A DNA stretch of 63,962 nucleotides, counting the filler, from Octopus bimaculoides (taxonomy: Eukaryota): NCBI RefSeq assembly GCF_001194135.2. It is 6 parts of 6 records of this genome, joined end to end, with 100 filler letters (N's around TTAATTAATTAA, not from the genome) between each part and the next. Parts side by side here need not be neighbours in the genome. Positions count along the whole stretch, not along the records: positions 40,328 to 58,353 come from NC_068986.1; positions 58,454 to 62,469 come from NC_068996.1; positions 62,570 to 63,962 come from NC_068997.1; 3 more parts are not named here. One strand, given 5' to 3'. The notes under the pieces were generated by a model, which ran no database searches, was not told the DNA's origin, and was given only the letters and a program-made list of their open reading frames with translations. How positions within the stretch are numbered: the stretch's first letter is position 1; the number at the start of each line of letters is the position of its first letter. Of this stretch, positions 53,422 through 63,962 are shown piece by piece. Made by a program: the position numbers and the translations under genes.

Positions 53422-54258
53422 NNNNNNNNNNNNNNNNNNNNNNNNNNNNNNNNNNNNNNNNNNNNNNNNNNNNNNNNNNNNNNNNNNNNNNNNNNNNNNN
53501 NNNNNNNNNNNNNNNNNNNNNNNNNNNNNNNNNNNNNNNNNNNNNNNNNNNNNNNNNNNNNNNNNNNNNNNNNNNNNNNNNNNNNNNNNNNNNNNNNNNN
53601 NNNNNNNNNNNNNNNNNNNNNNNNNNNNNNNNNNNNNNNNNNNNNNNNNNNNNNNNNNNNNNNNNNNNNNNNNNNNNNNNNNNNNNNNNNNNNNNNNNNN
53701 NNNNNNNNATATATATATATATATAAGTGCTGAAGAGGGATGGGCTTGGCACTTTGATATTACAAGAGACTTGCTTTTTGTGGTTTGGTGTTTACAAATA
53801 TAATAACATTTGCCTATTTATTAAGTGTTGGTTGGGTGACATCTGGTAACGTTGTGTTGAATATGTGTCAGCGTGTACATATATCAGAGTATATAGTATA
53901 TAGCTTCATCTGTGTGTTTGTGTACGTGTTTTGTGTTTATGTATGTGTGTGTGTGTGTGTATATGAGTGTGTGTTTCAATGAACTTCTACGTGAACTCCC
54001 AAAAAGTTACTGCTTAGCGCCCGTGTATATATGTGTCATGTCTGTCTGTCTGTCTGTATTTATGTATATGTAATGTATGAATATATGCGTGTGTGTGTGT
54101 ATGTGTATGTACGTGTTTGCAGTTTGTATGTAAGTGTACTTGTTAATCTGTATGTCAACGTTTGGATGACGGAGTGCCTTTGATATTCTGTTTGCGTATG
54201 TCTATTCAGCTGTTTCCTATAATAGCATAACAATGCGTGCATATCCATTTCTCTCTCG

Positions 54259-54289
<31 letters not shown>

Positions 54290-54766
54290 GGGTGTATATA
54301 TATATATATATANNNNNNNNNNNNNNNNNNNNNNNNNNNNNNNNNNNNNNNNNNNNNNNNNNNNNNNNNNNNNNNNNNNNNNNNNNNNNNNNNNNNNNNN
54401 NNNNNNNNNNNNNNNNNNNNNNNNNNNNNNNNNNNNNNNNNNNNNNNNNNNNNNNNNNNNNNNNNNNNNNNNNNNNNNNNNNNNNNNNNNNNNNNNNNNN
54501 NNNNNNNNNNNNNNNNNNNNNNNNNNNNNNNNNNNNNNNNNNNNNNNNNNNNNNNNNNNNNNNNNNNNNNNNNNNNNNNNNNNNNNNNNNNNNNNNNNNN
54601 NNNNNNNNNNNNNNNNNNNNNNNNNNNNNNNNNNNNNNNNNNNNNNNNNNNNNNNNNNNNNNNNNNNNNNNNNNNNNNNNNNNNNNNNNNNNNNNNNNNN
54701 NNNNNNNNNNNNNNNNNNNNNNNNNNNNNNNNNNNNNNNNNNNNNNNNNNNNNNNNNNNNNNNNNN

Positions 54767-54799
<33 letters not shown>

Positions 54800-55016
54800 T
54801 TGAGTTTATATACACACACACATTCACACACAGACACACACACATGCACACACACACACATATATACACAAATCCAGATTGAGGAAGGGGAGCAGGTAAA
54901 ATTAAGACTACGTATGTTTCGTAGCTAGCAGGTCCTCTGATGTAATAATTAACCAACTCATAATCCTCAGTTAGCTACACATCAGGCCGAACAATCTCTT
55001 AATTATATGAAGGTTA

Positions 55017-55889
55017 CAGTGTCGTTTCAAATTATATCTTCGGCGAGTTAACTCGGCATTCCTTAATGACTGTAACCTTTATATGCGGTTGAGTAATAAG
55101 TAAGCAACGTTTTGAACCACGAGGAATTTTTACAGGAGTTTTGTAGAGATTTGAGCTCTTTTTAAATATTTCTTTGCAATTGTCTGATAATACAGACATA
55201 GACTTGCCCAAATGCATCAATAAATTAACATCGATATTTTTTTCACCCATGTTACAATCATCTGAAATGAAACTGTCAAAGCGCGACATTCGAGTAATTT
55301 TGTTATTCAACTTCAAAAAAGGACGTAAAGCTGCTGAAATTGCTCGCGATATCAACGAGACTTTTGGTGAGGAAATGACCAGTGAGTGGTCAGCTCGAGA
55401 ATGGTTTAAATGATTTCGCATTGGAGACCTGAGCCTTCAAGATCATGAGCATAGTGGACGCCCACCTGTCATCGATGACGGTCAATTAAAGACCGTATTT
55501 GAGAAAAATCCACGTAAAACCACTCCACAACTGGCAAAAGAACTTCAAGTTAACCAGAAAACTGCCTGCAACCATTTGCATGTGATTGGAAAATCAAAAA
55601 AGCTCGATAAATGGATACTACATGATTTGAATGAAAATCAGAAAATGTGCAGATATGTAATTTGCTCGTGGCTTCTTCTCTGTAACCAGACTGATCCATT
55701 CCTCGACCGTATTGTAACTTGCGATGAAAAGTGGATTCTGTACGATACTAAAAAATGTTCTTCGCAGTGGTTGGGCAAAAATGAAGCACTGAAAACTTTC
55801 CCTAAACCCGAGCTCTTCAAAAAGAAGAATATGGTGACTGTTTGGTGGTGTACTGCTGGACTCATCCACTATAACTTCTTAAAACCCAG

Positions 55890-55890
<1 letters not shown>
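55017..55890 (+). pseudogene. Mariner (DD34D-type) transposase pseudogene, 5' part only
   Basis: From ATG 55267: MKLSKRDIRVILLFNFKKGRKAAEIARDINETFG..WFK*FRIGD..GRP..; then KKLDKWI.H.L, FLDRIVTCDEKWILYD, PKPEL, KKNMVTVWW..GLIHYNFLKP. In-frame stop at 55411-55413; truncated by (AC)n at about 55891. Possible left TIR TA|CAGTGTCG at 55015-55024. Confidence 0.92.
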
Positions 55891-55986
<96 letters not shown>

Positions 55987-56426
55987 GTGTGTGTGTGTAT
56001 ATGCTGGGTTGGCAAGAGTAGTTTCTGTCCATCCGATTCCATCAAATCCCCCCACAATTGCTATAGGCCTAAGGTGCCGCTCAGTGGGACTGAACCTTTT
56101 TAAAGAAATAGACAATATTTTTTTTGTGTGAGTATTCTGCTCTGAGTTACTCTTTTTCTGTTAGCAGATGACTGACGTTGAAGTTACTGAAGCGTGTTTA
56201 TATAAACATCTGTCGGTTGATTGTAATCAGGTGACCGCGAAAGTATATTTGGCGACACTTATTGGTTACACACGTGGGCAGAGGATGAACGAGTGAAAGA
56301 AAAGGAGGGGGTGGTGGAGAAAGGGAAAAATAAAATAGAAAAGAAGCACGGGAAAATCAAAGGAAAAGATAAGAACAAAAAAGAAATTGAAAGAGGGAAA
56401 AGAGGCGGAATGAAAAAAAAAAGAAA

Positions 56427-56489
<63 letters not shown>

Positions 56490-56625
56490 GGGAGGAGGAG
56501 GAGGAGAAGGAGAGGAAAAAGAAGAAGAAGAAGAAGAAGAAGAAGAAGAAGAAGGAGGAGGAGAAGGAGGAGGAGAAGAAGTTAAAAGAGAAGAGGGAAC
56601 TGATGAAGAAAAGACAAAATGGTGG

Positions 56626-56668
<43 letters not shown>

Positions 56669-57280
56669 AAGTAAAAAGATAGAAAAATATTCAAGCAAAG
56701 ATTAAAAAAAAAAGAAAAACGAAAATGGAGGCATTACAGAAGAAGAAAGAGACGAAAAATTGTAGAATAAAAAAAAGAAAAAAAAACAGGTAAAAAGAAA
56801 AAAAGAAGACAAATAAAAGGTATTTCCCAAGGAATTTCAACAGATTTCAATCACGTGACGTTTATAGGGGCTGCAGTGATATTTTTTGTGCCTGAATACG
56901 CATGACCTACTTTACCTGTGGTTGAGGACAGTTCTGCTTACTGGACGAATGAAAAGCATTTAAATGAAAGGCAGTTTCGATTTTACGTTTCGATTTTGCA
57001 ATTCGTTTGCAAGATTCTTAACGTGAACTCACGTGACGAAACAGATTTTTGTTGTCTCTCTCTCGAGAAGGTCATTTATGCCAATTGCAAACACACGCAC
57101 TCGTTCTATTTCACTACTACTACTACTACTGCTGCTGCTTCTACTAGTAGTACTACTACTACTGTGATACTACTTCTACTACTACCACTACTTCAGGTGC
57201 CACGCAGTGGGATTGAAATTGGAATTATGTGGTGAGGAAGCAAGCTTTTTGCCGCAGAGCCACGTCTGCGCCTATCTGTG

Positions 57281-57331
<51 letters not shown>

Positions 57332-57691
57332 CAAAGAATATATATGCATGTATACACACATATATGTACATACTTACATCTACATGTGTATATAGATGCA
57401 TATCAGGGCACAAGACGTTAGAAAATGAACTACAGACAACGGAACGAACACATAGGAAAACAGATAGCCACTTGGAATTATTCCTTCATCAGCTGCCTCT
57501 ATTCTAACTAGGCGTTTCGAAGATAAGGCAGATATACATATATATATATATATATATGTGTGTATGTGTTTGTGTGCGTATGTGTGCGTGTATTTTTTCT
57601 CTGCTTGTTTCTCTCCTTGTTTCTTTCTGTGCTCCCTTCTGTGGAAGATCGTAGGTTCGAAACGTTAAAGACTTTTTTCAATTCCCGAGCG

Positions 57692-57775
57692 TTATACTAA
57701 TACATCTGTTTGTTTTCTACACTACCTGTCTTCGAAGACAGGTGGTGTAGAAAACAAACAGATGTATTAGTATAA
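57692..57775. repeat. 84-bp palindrome with no spacer at the end of a hammerhead-like repeat
   Basis: 42-bp arms centred on TTCGAA (57731-57736), 1 mismatch. Confidence 0.95.
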
Positions 57776-57862
57776 ACGGATGAGCTTCATTTTTCTCTTT
57801 CACAACATTTCTCTCTATTTCCAGTTTTCTTTTCCTATCTTTCATACTCTTTGTTTGACTGG

Positions 57863-57902
<40 letters not shown>

Positions 57903-58291
57903 GTCTGTCTGTCTTTTTGTCTCTCTGTCCATCTGTCTGACTGTCTGACTGTCTGACTGTCTGTCTGCCTATCTTTCTTTCTCTCTATCCCTCGCACACA
58001 TACGCACACATAACGTGCACAGCCACATAAAGCTTATTAGATTCAAATATTGGCACAAGCCTATCTATATACAGTGAGGGAAAGAGTCGATAAAATCGAC
58101 TGTAATTTGCGACTGAAACATTAGCTAACCATGCGATAAGCAAGACAGGTGTGGTTCGATTCCCATCAATGGCTGCGTGTTTTCTTTTCTTTAAGCATTT
58201 TGCGATGTCTTTTGTTGCTTAAAATATATATATATATAATGTTTTATGTGGTATATATTGATGTGTCAGCTGTAATTTGCAGCCTGTTCAT

Positions 58292-58324
<33 letters not shown>

Positions 58325-58479
58325 TATATATATAATTACATAATCATATATATNNNNNNNNNNNNNNNNNNNNNNNNNNNNNNNNNNNNNNNNNNNNTTA
58401 ATTAATTAANNNNNNNNNNNNNNNNNNNNNNNNNNNNNNNNNNNNNNNNNNNNTATATATCGTTTACTCATTTCAGCCA

Positions 58480-58925
58480 AAGGCTGAGTTTCTGCTGAAG
58501 CACCGCCTTTCAGTGTATTTGGGTTTCTTCACTGTAAAGTTTCTGACGAAATAACGAGTCGGACGGCGCTGTTCTTCTTTCTGCATCTTGCCGTGATATG
58601 GGTTCATCTGGTGCCACAGATAAACATTTATCCAGGCGCTCTTGAAAGAGCTCCACATCTGCACGCGACAAATCTCTGGCGTTGCTTGGCAGAATGTTGC
58701 ACTGCCGTAAACCCTTGAAACCCAAGCTGTTACAATACTGTGTCCTTATTCGAGTTGAATCAGACGTGATCTGTGATACAATGCAGTGCCATCCATTTGG
58801 TGGTTGGTATAGCTTTCAATTCCAAAGTTGCCAGCTAGACCTTCCAATATCTGTCATATGTATATCACTGGATTAATTTTGACGCCTTCTCTTTCGAGTA
58901 TGGAACTGCGATTCCGTTAGCCTCT
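58480..58925 (-). mobile_element. CR1-like LINE ORF2 3' end, degraded
   Basis: IYI*QILEGLAGNFGI...YCNSLGFKG....ILP...RDL....ELFQERLDKCLSVAPDEP...RTAPSDSL resembles the FK..LD..L..VPDEP...SNSL C-terminus of CR1-group LINEs. Confidence 0.72.
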
Positions 58926-59033
58926 CCAAGTACGCCATCTCTTTCACCGACAACGACGATGATAACGACGACGACGACGACGATAACGATGATGATGATG
59001 GTGATGATGATGATGATGATGATGTTGATGATG

Positions 59034-59077
<44 letters not shown>

Positions 59078-59147
59078 GGTGGTGGTGATGATGATGATGA
59101 TGATCATCATCATCATGATAATAATAGTGATAATAATATTGATAATA

Positions 59148-59200
<53 letters not shown>

Positions 59201-59496
59201 AAAAACGAAAAGCCACCGACGCTGAAGAAATTGAAAATAAATAATAAGAAAAATAAGAAACCGGAACAAGCAGAACCCTTAAAAGTCACCTGTAAATTTA
59301 ACTTGTCAACGGTGGAGCCAGTTTTCTGTTTAGCACACTTCACTACTCTTCGATTTCGTCATGTGCATGTGTATCTGCGGTTTTATATGCGTGTGCGTAT
59401 GTGTATGTGAGTGAGCGATTGTGAACGTGTGTATGGTTGTATGTGTATGTAAATATAGTTTTAAATATACATACATGCATATACATATATATATAT

Positions 59497-59531
<35 letters not shown>

Positions 59532-60312
59532 NNNNNNNNNNNNNNNNNNNNNNNNNNNNNNNNNNNNNNNNNNNNNNNNNNNNNNNNNNNNNNNNNNNNN
59601 NNNNNNNNNNNNNNNNNNNNNNNNNNNNNNNNNNNNNNNNNNNNNNNNNNNNNNNNNNNNNNNNNNNNNNNNNNNNNNNNNNNNNNNNNNNNNNNNNNNN
59701 NNNNNNNNNNNNNNNNNNNNNNNNNNNNNNNNNNNNNNNNNNNNNNNNNNNNNNNNNNNNNNNNNNNNNNNNNNNNNNNNNNNNNNNNNNNNNNNNNNNN
59801 NNNNNNNNNNNNNNNNNNNNNNNNNNNNNNNNNNNNNNNNNNNNNNNNNNNNNNNNNNNNNNNNNNNNNNNNNNNNNNNNNNNNNNNNNNNNNNNNNNNN
59901 NNNNNNNNNNNNNNNNNNNNNNNNNNNNNNNNNNNNNNNNNNNNNNNNNNNNNNNNNNNNNNNNNNNNNNNNNNNNNNNNNNNNNNNNNNNNNNNNNNNN
60001 NNNNNNNNNNNNNNNNNNNNNNNNNNNNNNNNNNNNNNNNNNNNNNNNNNNNNNNNNNNNNNNNNNNNNNNNNNNNNNNNNNNNNNNNNNNNNNNNNNNN
60101 NNNNNNNNNNNNNNNNNNNNNNNNNNNNNNNNNNNNNNNNNNNNNNNNNNNNNNNNNNNNNNNNNNNNNNNNNNNNNNNNNNNNNNNNNNNNNNNNNNNN
60201 NNNNNNNNNNNNNNNNNNNNNNNNNNNNNNNNNNNNNNNNNNNNNNNNNNNNNNNNNNNNNNNNNNNNNNNNNNNNNNNNNNNNNNNNNNNNNNNNNNNN
60301 NNNNNNNNNNNN

Positions 60313-60343
<31 letters not shown>

Positions 60344-61152
60344 ACACATACATACATTTGTATGTATACGTGCGTTTATGTTTTATGCGATTGTGTTTGC
60401 GTGGGCGTTGATGTTGTGCTAATGTTCACGAAGTTGTAGCAAATTTGTATACATTTTTGCTTAAACATACATGATGTGTGCACCAGGATTAATTTCTCAT
60501 CGTTGTTGCTACTGTTGCATACTGTTTATGTTACCAGTGATGACAGTGCTGCTGTTGGAAATGATGATGATGACGACGACGGCGAGGAGGAGAAGTAGGA
60601 TCAGGAGGAGGTAGAAGAGGAGTAGTAGGAGGGTGATGATGGTGAAAGTGTTGATTTTGATCGTGATGATAGCGATGATGGAGATGGTGATGGTGATGAC
60701 GGTGAAAATTATGACAGTGGTGATGACGATGACGGGGTATAACTCTTCCTACTGATGGCGGTCATTGATATATATATACATATATGTATATATATGACGG
60801 GCTTCTTTCAGTTACTGTCTATCATTCCACTCACAAGACTTTGGTCGGCCCGAAGCTACAGTAGAAGACTTGTGAGTGGATTTGATAGACGGAAATTGAA
60901 CCCGAAACTATGTGGTTAGTAAGCATGCTACTTATCACACAGCTACTCCTGCTTGTTCTAGTTGTCATTTTTCTTTTTTGTTAAATTTTATCCCTAACTA
61001 TTATGCTTTGCGATTCTAATTGGTGCAAAGAACGCCGAGAGTTTTCATGTCACAGAAAATGCACCAATCAGTACAATCAGTTTTATATTTGCCTTTGTAT
61101 TAAGTCACGTTGAAGAGCAGTGGTAAAATGCTTGGCTGTCATCTCTCTAGAC

Positions 61153-61265
61153 CAGTGTTCTGCAACCGGTATGCTGCAGTACACTGGTGTACCACGAAAC
61201 GATGCTAGGTGTGCCACGAGACGATGCTAGGTGTGCCACGAGACGATGCTAAGTGTGCTGCAGTG
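61153..61265 (+). mobile_element. hAT-like MITE left end containing a 22-bp tandem repeat (3 copies)
   Basis: CAGTGTTCTGCAACCGG start; unit CCACGAGACGATGCTAGGTGTG repeated at 61192-61257. Confidence 0.5.
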
Positions 61266-61583
61266 TAACTCGAATTTAATTATTTTCCCTTATGCCTTTA
61301 CTTCAGGTGTTCTGAATTTTGAAAAGAATATAAATGTACTGCAAATTAAAATAAGTATGCCTTAGACGCTAATCTTTCACACACAGACATACACATGCAC
61401 ACCCACAAACATACACTCACACACACACACAGAGATCCACATAGGCACAAAGACATACACATACGTACACATGCACACATACGAATACAGACACACACAC
61501 GTGGAAATTCACGTAATCATTTACTTATTACTGACCATATATTTAATAATCATGTTAACGTTTCTTTATCGATCTCTATTTGA

Positions 61584-61901
<318 letters not shown>

Positions 61902-62569
61902 TAACTCTTAAGTGTTTTTTTCTACGCTTTTATTTGATATAACTTGTTCTCATCACGAAATGTTTATACACACATTCACAGATACTTGTTTACACATTCA
62001 CACAAGCGCGCACTACACACGCACACGCACACGCACACACACACATACATACATACATACATAAATACATACATACATACACACCGTAGTTGGTGACGAA
62101 AGATATGTAACTGATCTAAAAGTCATTAAAAGGAAAACTGCGGAATTTTCTAAAAAAAACTTGATTGGAAAAAAAGTTTCTTATTCATATCCGGTTTCTC
62201 TATGAATGCAAAAATAATTGAGGATGAATTTCACACTGGATGGATAAAATGATTATATTTCCTATAATATTTCATAAAAGTAGAATTTCAAAAGTGCTCA
62301 ACAAGCAGTTTTTGATCTCAGTATCGTGGATCAGCATTACAAGTACTTAATTAATAAACTTTTTAATTGAAAACTTTTGAAAGGAAAAGTAGATCAAAGA
62401 TTGACCAACGAAAACGGAACCTGTTTGTGGTAGTAGCAGCTGATTTTTTTTTTTTTTTTTTTTTTTTTTNNNNNNNNNNNNNNNNNNNNNNNNNNNNNNN
62501 NNNNNNNNNNNNNTTAATTAATTAANNNNNNNNNNNNNNNNNNNNNNNNNNNNNNNNNNNNNNNNNNNN

Positions 62570-63795
62570 ATTGGCTTTATGTTTAAGTCTAAATGAAGAA
62601 AAATGGTTATATAATCGTTGTTTAAGGTTGATTGTGCAACCAACATAAATGTAATTATTAGTTGGAGTAGTTACTGTACATTTATAGACTACATTACGGG
62701 TTAAACAACGGCCAGATACCGGACAGTGGGCTTTAATTCTACAATTGCAATTAAGGGGTTTATTAGCTATATATATATTGCTATGTTGATTATTGATACA
62801 AGTATCTAAATTAGTTACATCAATATTGCTGGTTGTATTATTAGATATGCAATTGATATTGTTTGAGCTTGGAAGATTTATCTCCTCAACTATGTTAACA
62901 GTTGAAGTATTAATATGTTCATTAACATGTGCATGATTATTGGTTGTGTTGGTGTTATTAATAGTTTGGTAGTTATTCGTATTGTTATCAATAATAAGAC
63001 AATTTTTTTGTTTTCAAGGGTCCTAGCTAGTTCAATGTTTTTTCTATTTAACTTATTGATAATAGATCCTATGTTGGGGAGAGTAGAGTATGAGATACGG
63101 ATTGTGTGTTGAGAGAAGATTTTATAATATCTATGGTTAGGGTCGACATTTTTTTGTAAGATATCCATAAACTTCTTATAGATGTTTGTAGATACTGCAT
63201 AGTTGTAAGGGATGTTAAGCCATATAGAATTTTTTCTTCTAAATTTGTAATATGAAGGGGGTTTGTGGTTATCATAAGTATTTGGGGTTATATTATTGTT
63301 TCTATTATCATTAGTAGTTTTGTTATTAGGATCTATTTTGTTATGTAAAGTAATTTTCCTATTTTCATTTTTATGGTCATTATTATAATTTCTTAAGCTA
63401 GGTATTTTATTGGTGTTAAAATGGTTGTGTAGGCATTTATCAGGTTGTATTACATTTTTATTCCTATTGTTTAAGCAGGATAGGTTATTATTAGTAGGTC
63501 TTTTCTTACCATTATTTACGATAATTAAATTTTTATTATTGGTAACTTTATTTAGGATAATTAGATTATTGTTATTAGTATCATTATCATTATTGTTACT
63601 ATCACATTTAATAGATTTAGGAATAAGGAAAGAAATTGTTTGGTCATATCCCGCTCTCGATAAAGCTTCATTGTAATAATGAGAATTAGGTTTAAAGATG
63701 TCGTGGTTTGAGGACAGTTTAGTTAATCTATCGGAAATGTTTTTTACAATAGATTTTAAAATATTTGGGGGGTGATTCGATGATCTATTTCGTTC
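62570..63795 (-). mobile_element. Penelope-like retroelement fragment: RT C-terminal/linker region plus GIY-YIG endonuclease, 5'-truncated, cut on the other side by a gap
   Basis: ORF 62890-63819 has the PLE motifs SNHPPxIxKxI..RL..LSSN..IF....YxxALxxxGY and IWxNxPY..VxTNI...F...HRYYKIFxxxTIRISYSxxPN. My translation of a second frame (62749 down to 62570) gives CNCRIKAHCPVSGRCLTRNVVYKCTVTTPTNNYIYVGCTINLKQRLYNHFSSFR, a Cys cluster plus VVY..YVG..R..H GIY-YIG motif. Confidence 0.9.
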
Positions 63796-63962
63796 CCTCA
63801 TGCTTGATTTACCCCTCACCTGCTGTCCACCACTACTTAACTTACCTTCCTCTAAATTTGAAATTACTACTATCCCTCCGATCAGATTTTAAATTCTTGT
63901 TTGATTCACTTGTCTGTGGAACAGCAGCATAGTCGAGATGGTATGTTTTCTTCTCTTACTCT

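Overview
Eukaryotic, AT-rich, microsatellite-laden genomic DNA. The repeat families (tRNA-derived modular SINEs of the OR/OK type, RTE LINE with (GAT)n tails) point to an octopus (coleoid cephalopod) assembly; this is an inference. There are roughly 4-5 kb of N gaps, including five fixed 100-bp scaffold spacers (N44-TTAATTAATTAA-N44). The only host gene I can support is one 268-nt internal coding exon of a Tbx2/3 (optomotor-blind-type) T-box gene at 61625-61892 (+); I could not find its flanking exons. The rest is non-coding and filled with transposon relics: RTE, R4/Dong-like and CR1-like LINE fragments, many SINEs, mariner and pogo/Tigger transposase pseudogenes, piggyBac-type and hAT MITEs, a Helentron-associated (HINE)-like element, and a Penelope-like element (PLE). 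The PLE's GIY-YIG endonuclease is missed by the ORF track because it lies behind one homopolymer frameshift. The most notable pattern is a set of short non-coding elements from four unrelated sequence families that carry minimal hammerhead-ribozyme-like folds (7520-7627, 34088-34124 with its relative at 57635-57671, 38519-38567, 42748-42811). Three of them sit in or next to near-perfect long inverted duplications. This suggests PLE-derived, retrozyme-like foldback elements. All ribozyme calls are by-eye folds, each deviates from the canonical core or stems, and none has been tested.
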